A stretch of DNA of 64,000 nt from Nitrosopumilus sp. Lineage in GTDB: Archaea > Thermoproteota > Nitrososphaeria > Nitrososphaerales > Nitrosopumilaceae. The translations under genes were made by a program, and so were the position numbers. The notes under the pieces were generated by a model. The model was not told the origin of the DNA. It saw nothing but the letters and a program-made list of their open reading frames with translations, and did not search any database. Shown in pieces: positions 29,273-38,232 of this stretch; the stretch's first letter is position 1, and every line of letters starts with the position of its first letter. Location of the stretch: contig OZ242220.1 of the NCBI GenBank assembly GCA_965206745.1, positions 900,434 to 964,433 on the forward strand, in the 5' to 3' direction.

Positions 29273-29623
29273 TTAACGTCGACGTTTAGCTGCCTTTCTC
29301 TTTGGAGCGGCTCTGCGTTTTGGTGCTGCCTTTCTCTTTGGAGATGCTTTTTTAGATGCAGTTCTTCTCTTTGGAGCGGCTCTGCGTTTTGGTGCTGCCT
29401 TTCTCTTTGGAGCTGCTTTTCGTTTGACTGCAGTTCTTCGTTTTGGTGCTGCTTTTCGTTTGGAACCAGATTTACCTGCGTTCTTTCTACGAGTTGCTGC
29501 TGCCTTTCTTTTACGAGCTGCTGCGGCCTTTAATGCCTCTGCTGCCTTTTTAGCTGCATTCCTCTTTCGAGTTCTTGCGGCCTTTTTAGCTGCTTCGGCT
29601 CTTTTGGCTTGAGATATTGCCAT
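29273..29623 (-). CDS. Lys/Arg/Ala-rich histone H1-like basic protein
   Basis: Repeated KRKAAPKRR units; almost no acidic residues. Confidence 0.8.
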   Translation of the reverse strand: MAISQAKRAEAAKKAARTRKRNAAKKAAEALKAAAARKRKAAATRRKNAGKSGSKRKAAPKRRTAVKRKAAPKRKAAPKRRAAPKRRTASKKASPKRKAAPKRRAAPKRKAAKRRR

Positions 29624-29726
29624 AACTTTTTTGCGAAGATCATAGATGTTATATTGTAAAAGTCATACAATACTACGCTGTATATAGAAAAATTTGACAC
29701 CTTTTTTGATTTTTACAGATCACCGA

Positions 29727-30212
29727 TCAGCAATTTATGATACAAACGGAAGCTGTATCCACAGTAGACTGATTCTTTTGCGGACGAACGAGTATCTTGT
29801 ATTGGGATTCCTCATCAAATGGAATGTCAAACTGCGTTGTTCTCTGAATCTGTTTGTCTGGTTCAAGTGCTTCTAAAAGCAGGTCTTTTGCCGAAAATTC
29901 CCCAAAGAATGCCTTGTATTTCTTTTCTTTCTCATCGACAATGTAAAACTGCCCTCCTGACATGATAGTTTCCTCATCACTGATGTTTTTTGCGGCAATA
30001 CCGATCATCACAAATGTGTTTTCAGGCTGTTTATCCTTGTTTCCGTTATGGGTCCCTTCAAATGTAATGACATACTCTACAGGTCCTACGATGACTGATT
30101 CTCCCTCATTTGCTATGATATAGTTTGTCTGATACTGGGTATACATGAATAATGCAAGCACCATTGATGCTATGATTACACCTAATACTATTACAGTTCC
30201 AATTCCGCCCAT
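29727..30212 (-). CDS. Membrane-anchored DUF4352-like protein
   Basis: N-terminal TM; FVMIGIAAKN...FYIVDEKEKKY...FDIP Ig-like pattern. Confidence 0.75.
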   Translation of the reverse strand: MGGIGTVIVLGVIIASMVLALFMYTQYQTNYIIANEGESVIVGPVEYVITFEGTHNGNKDKQPENTFVMIGIAAKNISDEETIMSGGQFYIVDEKEKKYKAFFGEFSAKDLLLEALEPDKQIQRTTQFDIPFDEESQYKILVRPQKNQSTVDTASVCIINC

Positions 30213-30527
30213 AATTTTTCATGATCATTTTAGTATATAGTTGAAACGCAGAAAAATTGGGATGATTATGACCAAAATCCCCCTCCCATATTTGATCTAA
30301 ATCTTGCAGTAGATGATTTTCAGGCAAATCTGCATATTCATCGGCAGGAACCAAACCATGATTCCCTTGGTGACTCAAACTCTAACTGCTCAAATCACTC
30401 CGTTTTTTCTAGTTTTTTGCACAACATTTGGGGGGTTGAGCTTTTAGGCACGAGTATGATAGTTTGGGGATGTTTTGCCCGGAGAGCGGGGTGAAATTAG
30501 GGTTGCCTGTTGCATCTAGGCACAAGT

Positions 30528-30606
30528 GTTAAACCCCCCGTCAAAACGCCTGATCCTGAAAATTTCACATTATGCCTAAACATGCTAATTTTCAGGGGGG
30601 TTTAAC
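30528..30606. repeat. 12-bp perfect inverted repeat with G6/C6 tract
   Basis: gttaaacccccc 30528-30539 / ggggggtttaac 30595-30606. Confidence 0.9.
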
Positions 30607-31069
30607 GCCTAGGCTTGATTTTGCAAAATTGCTCATTTTAGAACTTTGTCTGAATCTGGCATGATCTCACATGATGTTTGTAATGATGGGCGGGTATTTC
30701 TCCTCAAAGGGGAGAGAGGGGGGATGCTTGGGGGTTTTTTTGGAATCTGTTCTTGTAACTCTTGCTGTTTTAATTCATCCTGAGCTGGACAATTACTGCC
30801 AGGAAACCATGACTTGAAGAGATTATTCATACATTTGAGTTTCCTGGTTCACATGTGCCGAGAATCCCATATGTTCTTTTGATGATGCTCGTTTTACAAA
30901 CATCATTTCATGGTTACATTCATTGTCAAAAAGTCCTCTTTTTTGAATCTCGGACTTTTCATGAAATCTGCTTTTGATTTACAGGTTGTAAATTTTGTTG
31001 CCATCATGCCTGTATGATGGTACATTTTTGATGCAGGATTCTCTCCAGAACGGCAAATCCTCTATTTTT

Positions 31070-31519
31070 TTAAAATGTCTTCAGTAAAAATCTGGAAACT
31101 TTGTCATATTTTTCAGAAACGCTGTCTATTGCTTCAAACATTGTCTGCTGATTGATATTTTCCTTATCGTCCATCACCACATAGATGCCTACCTTCTGCT
31201 TTCCATCCTCTGTGATGATCTTGTTGATTACTTGTATAGAATAGCAAAAATCCCCCACTTTTTTCTCAAATCTTTCTTTCTCTTGGGTATTAAACCCCAA
31301 ATACCTTGCAATTTGATTATTTTTCATTATGACCTTGGCCCCTATGACTATAATTCCTAGCTGTTTTTTTGGCTCAAAGATGTCTATGGGAATTCCGTAC
31401 GGTCCTGCATGTTTTAGGAGAACTTGAAAATTATTTTCGGGATTTTTTACCTCTCCAAACGAAAGCCCTTCATGAATTACCCATCTCTCTACACTGTCTC
31501 TCATCTGGGATGTACTCAT
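31070..31519 (-). CDS. DUF2299-like protein
   Basis: VERWVIHEGLSF...IDIFEPKK..IIVIG pattern. Confidence 0.7.
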   Translation of the reverse strand: MSTSQMRDSVERWVIHEGLSFGEVKNPENNFQVLLKHAGPYGIPIDIFEPKKQLGIIVIGAKVIMKNNQIARYLGFNTQEKERFEKKVGDFCYSIQVINKIITEDGKQKVGIYVVMDDKENINQQTMFEAIDSVSEKYDKVSRFLLKTF

Positions 31520-31584
31520 AAAAGATCTCTCAAATTGGTTCTATATGACTCTAAATCTGAAAGATTGCCATGCTGGATTTAGAA

Positions 31585-31610
31585 TATTTCTAAATTCGAA
31601 TTTAGAAATA
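31585..31610. repeat. Palindrome copy 2 (extends to 26 bp)
   Basis: TATTTCTAAATTCGAATTTAGAAATA. Confidence 0.95.
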
Positions 31611-31646
31611 ACAATTTTCTTTATCCGAGAAGCAAGAAACTGGTTG

Positions 31647-31874
31647 CTATATGTTCACATTAAAGCCCGAATCCGAGCCTGGAGCCGCCCCTAGTATCAA
31701 AATATTGAAAATTATCCCAATTATCATAAAAATAATCCCAACATACATGCAATTTTTTGCTTTATTGGGATCGCTCTGCCGTAGGATGAAAAATGCGATT
31801 ATCCCGCCAATCATTCCAAAGAGAATTGGCAACAAAAACCATGCATTACTTTTGGGTTTTACTGGATAGTCCAT
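31647..31874 (-). CDS. Small two-TM membrane protein
   Basis: SNAWFLLPILFGMIGGIIAFF...KAKNCMYVGII. Confidence 0.75.
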   Translation of the reverse strand: MDYPVKPKSNAWFLLPILFGMIGGIIAFFILRQSDPNKAKNCMYVGIIFMIIGIIFNILILGAAPGSDSGFNVNI

Positions 31875-31885
31875 GCCACTTGTCT

Positions 31886-32134
31886 CTACTTTGCAGTTAT
31901 TACTTTTCTCTGTAACTGTGTAATCTCAATTTCCACTGTTTCTAGAGGATCATCTACCTGATTGCGTCTAATTGAGAACATTTTTGGCTTTTCAAAGTCA
32001 TCTGTGCAATCCGGGCATGCATACACTAGTACTCTGTGTTCGTTGGGCGCCTTGGGGTTTGACAGTCTTGGATAATATACCAGTCTTGCTCCGCAATCAA
32101 CACAATATCTGTTGGCCCTTCTGGTTCTAACCAA
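31886..32134 (-). CDS. Zinc-ribbon protein
   Basis: CVDC...CPDC; TTG start. Confidence 0.7.
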   Translation of the reverse strand: MVRTRRANRYCVDCGARLVYYPRLSNPKAPNEHRVLVYACPDCTDDFEKPKMFSIRRNQVDDPLETVEIEITQLQRKVITAK

Positions 32135-32225
32135 TGTAAGCCTCCTGCATTATTCTAGATATGCGATCACCTATTAGATCTATATTGTCTAATAGAGTAA
32201 ACCAATTACTAACAACCGATCAATA

Positions 32226-32247
32226 TTTCTAAATTCGAATTTAGAAA
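32226..32247. repeat. Palindrome copy 3
   Basis: TTTCTAAATTCGAATTTAGAAA. Confidence 0.95.
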
Positions 32248-32296
32248 CATATCTGATCATCATCTGTGATTCCCTTACAACTGTGAAAATAAAATA

Positions 32297-32318
32297 TTTC
32301 AAAACTCGAGTTTAGAAA
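32297..32318. repeat. Palindrome copy 4 (variant)
   Basis: TTTCAAAACTCGAGTTTAGAAA: three substitutions, two of them a compensatory pair. Confidence 0.85.
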
Positions 32319-32324
32319 GAAGAG

Positions 32325-32398
32325 CGCCTCCCACCAGACTTGAACTGGTGACCAACCGGTTAACAGCCGGTTGCTCTACCACGCTGAGCTAGGGAGGC
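32325..32398 (-). tRNA. tRNA-Asn (GTT), intronless
   Basis: GCCTCCC/GGGAGGC acceptor stem, TAGCTCAG D-arm, ACCGG-CTGTTAA-CCGGT anticodon arm, GTTCAAG T-loop. Confidence 0.97.
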
Positions 32399-32469
32399 AC
32401 ACGATTGTACCTTGGCAAAAGTGATTTAATCTTTGCGACTATGCTTAATGAACTAAAATCGGAAAATCT

Positions 32470-32757
32470 TTAGTTGAATTTTGCAAAAAACTCTTTGATC
32501 TCTTTTGCATGACTTTCAACTAGTTCGATTATCTCCAGGTGTTCGTCTGCTGTAGGTTCTCTTTTATGTACAATCTGAAATGCACTAAGTGCCGAACCTA
32601 CCATCTCGCCTACAAAAAATCCACACAAAAAATCTCCGATATTCCCACATTCCCACATCTCCCCTATTCTTGGAGATGCACCTGCAGATTTGTATAATTC
32701 CAATGTCTGCTCGATTAGTTGAGTTGTCTGCTTTGAAAATTCAGGATCAAGGGTCAT
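32470..32757 (-). CDS. Hypothetical protein (thaumarchaeal type)
   Basis: 95-aa ATG ORF downstream of rpl6. Confidence 0.8.
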   Translation of the reverse strand: MTLDPEFSKQTTQLIEQTLELYKSAGASPRIGEMWECGNIGDFLCGFFVGEMVGSALSAFQIVHKREPTADEHLEIIELVESHAKEIKEFFAKFN

Positions 32758-32772
32758 TTGTTAATCTGAATT

Positions 32773-33327
32773 TTACTCTATGCCTTTCTTCTTTTCAAAT
32801 GAGTAGATGCCGTCAAGGAACACTCTGTGGTCTTTGTTCTTTACTTTAGATCTTAACTCGATATTTGCTGCGGTCTGAGTGATATCTGTCCATACTTCCC
32901 CTGTGAGAATCACGTCTTCACCTTTTGGAACCACTTTGGTATTTCCAACTATGTTTGTAATTCTTGGTGCACGCTCTCCTTGGAAATTCTCAATCAGGAT
33001 TTTTTTACCTTCCACTTTTACTGTGATTGGAAAGTGTGAAAACACGACTTTCATTTTAATTGTATATCCTGTAACTAGGCCCTCGCAAATATTTTTAATT
33101 ATTGATCTTGCCGTATGCAATATTGCATAGTCTCTCTTCTTTTTTTCTATTGAGGTTAGGAGAATTTTGCCTTCTGTTATTTCGATTTTCACTGGGATGC
33201 TTCGAAAGCTTTTGTGAGTTTTTCCTAGCGGTCCGACAAAATGCAACATGTGCTTCTTTAGTGAGACTGTCACTCCTTGAGGGATGACTACCTCGTCTTT
33301 GAACTCTTCAACTTGCTTAGTAGACAT
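32773..33327 (-). CDS. rpl6: 50S ribosomal protein L6 (uL6)
   Basis: HFPITVKV, IENFQGER, DHRVFLDGIY. Confidence 0.96.
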   Translation of the reverse strand: MSTKQVEEFKDEVVIPQGVTVSLKKHMLHFVGPLGKTHKSFRSIPVKIEITEGKILLTSIEKKKRDYAILHTARSIIKNICEGLVTGYTIKMKVVFSHFPITVKVEGKKILIENFQGERAPRITNIVGNTKVVPKGEDVILTGEVWTDITQTAANIELRSKVKNKDHRVFLDGIYSFEKKKGIE

Positions 33328-33709
33328 AACCTATCAAAAATCCTCCTATTCCTTTCTGTAATGCTTCGTGATGTGACATTACTCCTTGGTTTGTTGTTAC
33401 CACGAGCATGCCCCTGTCATATGCAGGCAAGTACTGTTGCTCCCAATTATTGTATTCATCGGTTCTAACTTTGAATCTTGGGGAAATTGCTCCGCATTTT
33501 GTTATCTTTGCCAATAGCTTGATTTTGAATTTTCCGCCTCTTTTGTCATCAATGTGCTCAAATTCTCCTACATACCCTTCTTTTTGAAGCGTCTTTAGCA
33601 CTTCAATTCCTAGTTTTGATGTTGGAAGAATAATGCAATCTGATTTCCTTCTTGTCTCATTATTGTAGAGTGTGACAAATAGATTTGCTAAGATGTTTGT
33701 TGCTGGCAT
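33317..33709 (-). CDS. rps8: 30S ribosomal protein S8 (uS8)
   Basis: CGAISPRF, LVVTTNQGVMSH. Confidence 0.96.
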   Translation of the reverse strand: MPATNILANLFVTLYNNETRRKSDCIILPTSKLGIEVLKTLQKEGYVGEFEHIDDKRGGKFKIKLLAKITKCGAISPRFKVRTDEYNNWEQQYLPAYDRGMLVVTTNQGVMSHHEALQKGIGGFLIGYVY

Positions 33710-33716
33710 TGCTATA

Positions 33717-33896
33717 TCACTTGTTTTTCCTGAACCCTAAAGATGTTGCGACTTCTCTAAAACATCGTCTGCACAGCATTAAATCATATTTTTGAATAAC
33801 TGCCGTATAATCCCCGCATCTCTTACACCATCTGGAACCTCTTCCAAAGTCGTGCTTTTTTCTTCCGGTTGCTTCGTAGGATCTGTCTTTTGCCAT
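33717..33896 (-). CDS. rps14: 30S ribosomal protein S14 (uS14), absent from the ORF track
   Basis: MAKDRSYEATGRKKHDFGRGSRWCKRCGDYTAVIQKYDLMLCRRCFREVATSLGFRKNK*; position between L5 and S8. Confidence 0.95.
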   Translation of the reverse strand: MAKDRSYEATGRKKHDFGRGSRWCKRCGDYTAVIQKYDLMLCRRCFREVATSLGFRKNK

Positions 33897-34417
33897 TATG
33901 TTACAGTCACTCCGAATTCCTTTGTCAGATATTCCTTTGCTTCCTGACTTTTTATGATGTGTGCTTTTCCAATTCTAGCTTTGTGTTTGCTTCGAGTTCT
34001 AATTCCAAATCCTGGCCTGGTTAGTGTAATTGAGATTCCAAGGCCCAGTATTCCGATTTGAGGATCGTACTTTACACCCTGGATGTCTATGTGCTCATTA
34101 ATTCCAAATGAGAAATTCCCAAAATTGTCAAATGATTTGCCATTTACTGTGTTGCCTTTGGCATCAAGCAATCTTTTCAATAGTGCCACAGCATCATCCC
34201 CGCGAATTGTTACTGCTACGCCTATTGGTTCGCCTTTCCTGACTCCCCAGTCTCTGTATGCTGCCTTTGCATTGCGTGTAGATGGCTTTTTTCCAGAAAT
34301 TTGCTCTAGTGCTTTTATTGCAATATTGATTACATCGCCTGATTTTCCTAAACCCATGTTTAATACAATCTTCTCTAAAGAGATTTTTTTCATTGGGGAT
34401 TCTGTTACTTGAGACAT
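33896..34417 (-). CDS. rpl5: 50S ribosomal protein L5 (uL5)
   Basis: EKIVLNMG, WGVRKGEPIG, FDNFGNFSFGI. Confidence 0.96.
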   Translation of the reverse strand: MSQVTESPMKKISLEKIVLNMGLGKSGDVINIAIKALEQISGKKPSTRNAKAAYRDWGVRKGEPIGVAVTIRGDDAVALLKRLLDAKGNTVNGKSFDNFGNFSFGINEHIDIQGVKYDPQIGILGLGISITLTRPGFGIRTRSKHKARIGKAHIIKSQEAKEYLTKEFGVTVT

Positions 34418-34421
34418 GTGA

Positions 34422-35138
34422 TCACTTTAGTTGAATTATTGGCTCCTCTTTTCCAATTGGCATGATGATGTCTGCGGGAATTTCGATTTTCCTATCCCCT
34501 AATGAAAGAATTACTCTTTTTGGAAGGATGAAGGTTCCTTCCTCTACGGTTTCAATTTTTCCAATTTGACCTGCGTTACTTCCTCGCGTAACTAGTCCCT
34601 GACAACCTGCTTCTAATTTAATTACTTCAATAATCTTTTGTTCTGGAACCTGAATCAAGCATGTATCTCCAATACTCACTTTGGTATCTGAGATTACTGA
34701 ACGGCCGTCATGGAATCCAACTTGCATCTTTCCCTTGTTTAGCGTGGTTTTTGTAACGACTCTGACAAGTTTTTTAGATTTTTCTGATTCGTTAATTTTA
34801 ATCGGCTCTAGTAGTTTATCTTCAGTTGGAACCAGACGGTAAATTTCTGGAACATTTTCTAGCTCCACGACATCCATTAACCCAATTGCATGGTGGAGTG
34901 ATTTTCTTACAACCCCGTCAATCTTTACCTTTCCAGAATAAATTGTAGCCTTTGCTTCTCTTAGACTGGTTACAATACTTAGCATGTCTCTAAGAAATAC
35001 GGCAGTCGGTACTGAATCGCTCTTTTTATGTGGACCAGGCTTTACAGTAATTACGAACCTCTTGTTTTTTCTGGCAATACCCCAGAATTGTGGAGCCATT
35101 TGACGTTTGAGTTTCTTACTGCCTGCTATGCTTACCAT
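34422..35138 (-). CDS. rps4e: 30S ribosomal protein S4e
   Basis: KLKRQMAPQFW...PGPH, KIDGVVRK. Confidence 0.95.
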   Translation of the reverse strand: MVSIAGSKKLKRQMAPQFWGIARKNKRFVITVKPGPHKKSDSVPTAVFLRDMLSIVTSLREAKATIYSGKVKIDGVVRKSLHHAIGLMDVVELENVPEIYRLVPTEDKLLEPIKINESEKSKKLVRVVTKTTLNKGKMQVGFHDGRSVISDTKVSIGDTCLIQVPEQKIIEVIKLEAGCQGLVTRGSNAGQIGKIETVEEGTFILPKRVILSLGDRKIEIPADIIMPIGKEEPIIQLK

Positions 35139-35761
35139 TAATTCTCATCTTCCTCTTTTTTGGCTTTTTCTGCTCCTTTTGTTTCTTTAGGGGGCGCCTC
35201 TACAACCTCTAGCTTTGTTTCCTTGGGTTTCTCTACAACCTCTGGCTTTGTTTCCTTGGGTTTCTCTACAACCTCTGGCTTTGTTTCCTTGGGTTTCTCT
35301 ACAACCTCTGGCTTTGTTTCCTTGGGTTTCTCTACAACCTCTGGCTTTGTTTCTTTTGCTATTTTTGGCTTTGTCTCTGCATCCACTTTGGGTGTTTTTG
35401 GTTGTTTTCTAGGATCTTTGCCCTCTAGTTTTGCAATTCTCCACTTGTCTTCTGTATTGAGTGAAGTAACTACAAGATTGGATGTGTGGATGTAAACGTC
35501 AAATTTATCGCCCTTTGTTTTTTCTTTCTTTACCCCTTCAATTGCAACACTGCTTTTGGGTATGGATATTTTAGATACCTTGCCATCCACACCTTTGAAC
35601 TCTCCTCTGAGTATTTTGATACTGTCACCTTCAATCACTCTGACACTTTTTTTGCCGTATTTTTTATGAAGATCCTTGGAAAGTGTACTGCCAAGCTGCT
35701 TGCTTTTGGTTTTGTATGTTGCCTGATAAATCATCTGATTGCGCATTTTTGTTGGCTTCAT
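35138..35761 (-). CDS. rpl24: 50S ribosomal protein L24 (uL24) with repeat-expanded C-terminal tail
   Basis: [21 protein letters not shown] motif, IHTSNL. Confidence 0.95.
   Translation of the reverse strand: MKPTKMRNQMIYQATYKTKSKQLGSTLSKDLHKKYGKKSVRVIEGDSIKILRGEFKGVDGKVSKISIPKSSVAIEGVKKEKTKGDKFDVYIHTSNLVVTSLNTEDKWRIAKLEGKDPRKQPKTPKVDAETKPKIAKETKPEVVEKPKETKPEVVEKPKETKPEVVEKPKETKPEVVEKPKETKLEVVEAPPKETKGAEKAKKEEDEN
35198..35353 (-). repeat. 33-bp coding tandem repeat ([11 protein letters not shown]), about 4.7 units
   Basis: Units start at 35198, 35231, 35264, 35297 and 35330 on the + strand. Confidence 0.95.
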
Positions 35762-35765
35762 TCTA

Positions 35766-36188
35766 TCATACCACCATTGATGCCAAGTTAGCTACTCTTG
35801 GCCACTTTTCTGTAGCTTCTGCTGCAACTGGTCCTTTGATGTCTGTCCCCTTGGTCTCTCCTTCCGGAGTGATAAGCACTGCTGCGTTATCCTCAAAACA
35901 GACTCTTACACCGTTTAATCTTCTGACTGCATATTTCTGCCTAATGATTACCGCGCCATACACCTGCTTTCTTAACTCTGCAGGACCTTTCTTGACTACC
36001 ACATTGCAAAAGTCTCCGACAGACGCTGATGCAAGTCTGGATGATCTTGTATGGTGTCTTGGAACGTTGATTACTTCTAAAATTTTAGCCCCTGAATTAT
36101 CTGCACACACGATATTTGCACCAATTGGAATTACTTTAGTTACATACGGTCTGAATTCCTCCACTCCCTTGCCTGCTTGCTTTGCCAT
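35766..36188 (-). CDS. rpl14: 50S ribosomal protein L14 (uL14)
   Basis: [15 protein letters not shown]; start moved to MAKQAG at 36188. Confidence 0.96.
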   Translation of the reverse strand: MAKQAGKGVEEFRPYVTKVIPIGANIVCADNSGAKILEVINVPRHHTRSSRLASASVGDFCNVVVKKGPAELRKQVYGAVIIRQKYAVRRLNGVRVCFEDNAAVLITPEGETKGTDIKGPVAAEATEKWPRVANLASMVV

Positions 36189-36511
36189 TATGCTTTGACC
36201 TCCACCACAACATATGATACTGATTTGGAGATTGGCCTGCACTCTGCAGTTAATACGTGATCCCCTGTTTCAACATCCATGCAACCTGGAACATGTGCGT
36301 GAATGGTGCTTGTTCCTCTTGCATATCTCTTAAACTTGCTAAAGTAAATAGGCGCATCTTTCTGCAGTGTGATGGTCTGCTTTGCCTTGCTGCCTGTTAC
36401 CTTGCCATCAAATAATTTTCCTCTGACTGATAAACCCCCGTGGAAGGGACAATGTTTGTCTGCACATTCCCTTGTTGGTTCTTTGACTTTTAATCCGATA
36501 TTTTGAGTCAT
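36188..36511 (-). CDS. rps17: 30S ribosomal protein S17 (uS17)
   Basis: CPFHGGLSVRG, ECRPISK. Confidence 0.96.
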   Translation of the reverse strand: MTQNIGLKVKEPTRECADKHCPFHGGLSVRGKLFDGKVTGSKAKQTITLQKDAPIYFSKFKRYARGTSTIHAHVPGCMDVETGDHVLTAECRPISKSVSYVVVEVKA

Positions 36512-36774
36512 GATCTTCTCCCGATTCTCTCAAATGGTCTTTTTGAAATCCTGCTTCCTTTTACAACCACGTCTCTTCCTTGGATTGAGAATTTCCAGCT
36601 GTTGGTTGATTTTGCAATCGATTTTGCCCCATTTTCTGTGTTAATTGTGAACATTGATTTTGTTTCATTGATGATCCTTCCATTTAATCCTATTACTTGG
36701 GGGTTGGTGGATTCAATGATCTCAGTATCTAATCCTATGAGTTCGTGTGATGTGATGTTGTCTGCTGTAATCAT
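36508..36774 (-). CDS. rnp1: RNase P protein component 1 (Rpp29)
   Basis: HELIGL...GRIINETK...RPFERI; usual archaeal position between L29 and S17. Confidence 0.92.
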   Translation of the reverse strand: MITADNITSHELIGLDTEIIESTNPQVIGLNGRIINETKSMFTINTENGAKSIAKSTNSWKFSIQGRDVVVKGSRISKRPFERIGRRS

Positions 36775-36977
36775 TTCTCATTCCTCACCTCAGTCAGCCT
36801 AGTTAGCATTCTTGCAATGTCGTGTCGCATTGGCTTTAACTTTCCACTCTTTTTTCGCAACGTCCCTTTAGATGCATCAACCCTGAGTTTGGTTAGTTCA
36901 CTGCGCGTTTCTTGGATTTTGCTTTTGAGATCTTTTTCACTTAGCTGCTTAATCGTCTTCATGCTGAGTCTGGTCAT
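36771..36977 (-). CDS. rpl29: 50S ribosomal protein L29 (uL29)
   Basis: RHDIARMLT motif; gene position. Confidence 0.93.
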   Translation of the reverse strand: MTRLSMKTIKQLSEKDLKSKIQETRSELTKLRVDASKGTLRKKSGKLKPMRHDIARMLTRLTEVRNEK

Positions 36978-37762
36978 TTTAATTTGTTCTCCTCTTCCTC
37001 TAGTGTTTCAATTTTTTCTATTTTCTTTGCCTCTAGTGATATTTTCTCTGATTCTGATTCTGCCTTGTCTTGCTTGCCTTCCACCTTGACAACCTCCACT
37101 TTTGAGCCTTCGACTTCTATCTCTTCCACCTTGACGGTCGGCTTTTCAGCAGTTTTTGCCTTCTTTGTCTTTTCTTTCCTCATTTCAAACTCTGGAACGA
37201 ATTTCTCTTTTCTTGCGATTCTGATTCTAATCCCAATTAGCCCCATTGCTGTCTTTACATGCGCAATGTCTTCATCAACTATGACTTCTGCATGGTGTCC
37301 TGCTCTTGGCAGAATTCCCTGAGTGTGCTTTTCAAATGCCGAACGATCTCCTCTGAGTTTTCCTGAAATTGTAATTTGAACGCCCATTGCGCCGCCTTCC
37401 ATTATCTGTTTTAGTGTCCACATTGTTGCCCTTCTAAATGCGGTTCCCCTCTCCAAATGCGATGCCATTCTGTTACACATTACGCTTGGTGCAAGCTCTG
37501 GTTTTTCAATCTCTACGACTGAAATTTGGGGATTTTTTAATCCAAAGTCTAATGCAAGCTTGTCAGTTAATGCTCTGATTCCAGAACCTTTTCTGCCTAT
37601 TACTATTCCCGGTCTTGTTACGTGCAATGCGACTCTGGTCCCTACCGGTGTCTTTGAAATTTCTGCATGGGAGAAACCTGCGTCCTTGATTGCGTCCCTG
37701 AGATAGTCTTTGAGCAACATCATGTTGTAGTTGTCTTTGATCACATTCTTTACAGCCGACAT
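36974..37762 (-). CDS. rps3: 30S ribosomal protein S3 (uS3) with charged C-terminal tail
   Basis: [12 protein letters not shown] motif, [10 protein letters not shown]. Confidence 0.96.
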   Translation of the reverse strand: MSAVKNVIKDNYNMMLLKDYLRDAIKDAGFSHAEISKTPVGTRVALHVTRPGIVIGRKGSGIRALTDKLALDFGLKNPQISVVEIEKPELAPSVMCNRMASHLERGTAFRRATMWTLKQIMEGGAMGVQITISGKLRGDRSAFEKHTQGILPRAGHHAEVIVDEDIAHVKTAMGLIGIRIRIARKEKFVPEFEMRKEKTKKAKTAEKPTVKVEEIEVEGSKVEVVKVEGKQDKAESESEKISLEAKKIEKIETLEEEENKLK

Positions 37763-37764
37763 TT

Positions 37765-38232
37765 CTAAATCTCCCTTGCCACCAATTCTACGTGGGTCAG
37801 TACGTTGTTCTTTGGGGTTGCCCTTCCCATTGCTCTTGGAATGAATCTTTTTACTGTGACTCCTTTGTGAACAGTTGCGTTTACAATTCTCAGTCTGTCC
37901 AAATCCATTCCCTTGTATTCTGCGTTTGATTCCAAATTATCTATGACTTTGATGAACTCTTTTGCAGTTTTTTGTGGATAGCGCCCTGACATTACTCCTG
38001 GGTCTGGTTTGTGTCCCACTTGATTTTTATATCTTCTAAATGGAACTGCCCTCTTTTTGTTAATCACTGCAATTAGATAGTCTCTTGCTTTTTCAATTGA
38101 CAGTCCTTTGATTGACACGGCCACTTCGCGCGCATGCTTGTGTGAGATGTCTTTTTCTCTTAATGAAGAACGTACGTGTCTTGTTGGGTCGTAATTTTGG
38201 AAAGCGTAGTTGAATCTGCCCATGATAATCAC
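37765..38232 (-). CDS. rpl22: 50S ribosomal protein L22 (uL22)
   Basis: [15 protein letters not shown]. Confidence 0.96.
   Translation of the reverse strand: MIIMGRFNYAFQNYDPTRHVRSSLREKDISHKHAREVAVSIKGLSIEKARDYLIAVINKKRAVPFRRYKNQVGHKPDPGVMSGRYPQKTAKEFIKVIDNLESNAEYKGMDLDRLRIVNATVHKGVTVKRFIPRAMGRATPKNNVLTHVELVAREI

Noticed and set aside
30420-30740. Chromosomal origin (ORB) or RNase P/SRP RNA
   Set aside because: No cdc6/orc1 is nearby, there is no TTCCA.TGGAAA ORB core, and the GAGGAAAGUCC and SRP consensus motifs were not found.
29190-32398. Intact provirus or integrative element at tRNA-Asn
   Set aside because: I found no integrase, no duplicated tRNA 3' end (attL/attR) and no viral hallmark genes. 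Only the palindromes and the structured gap remain, and these are reported separately.
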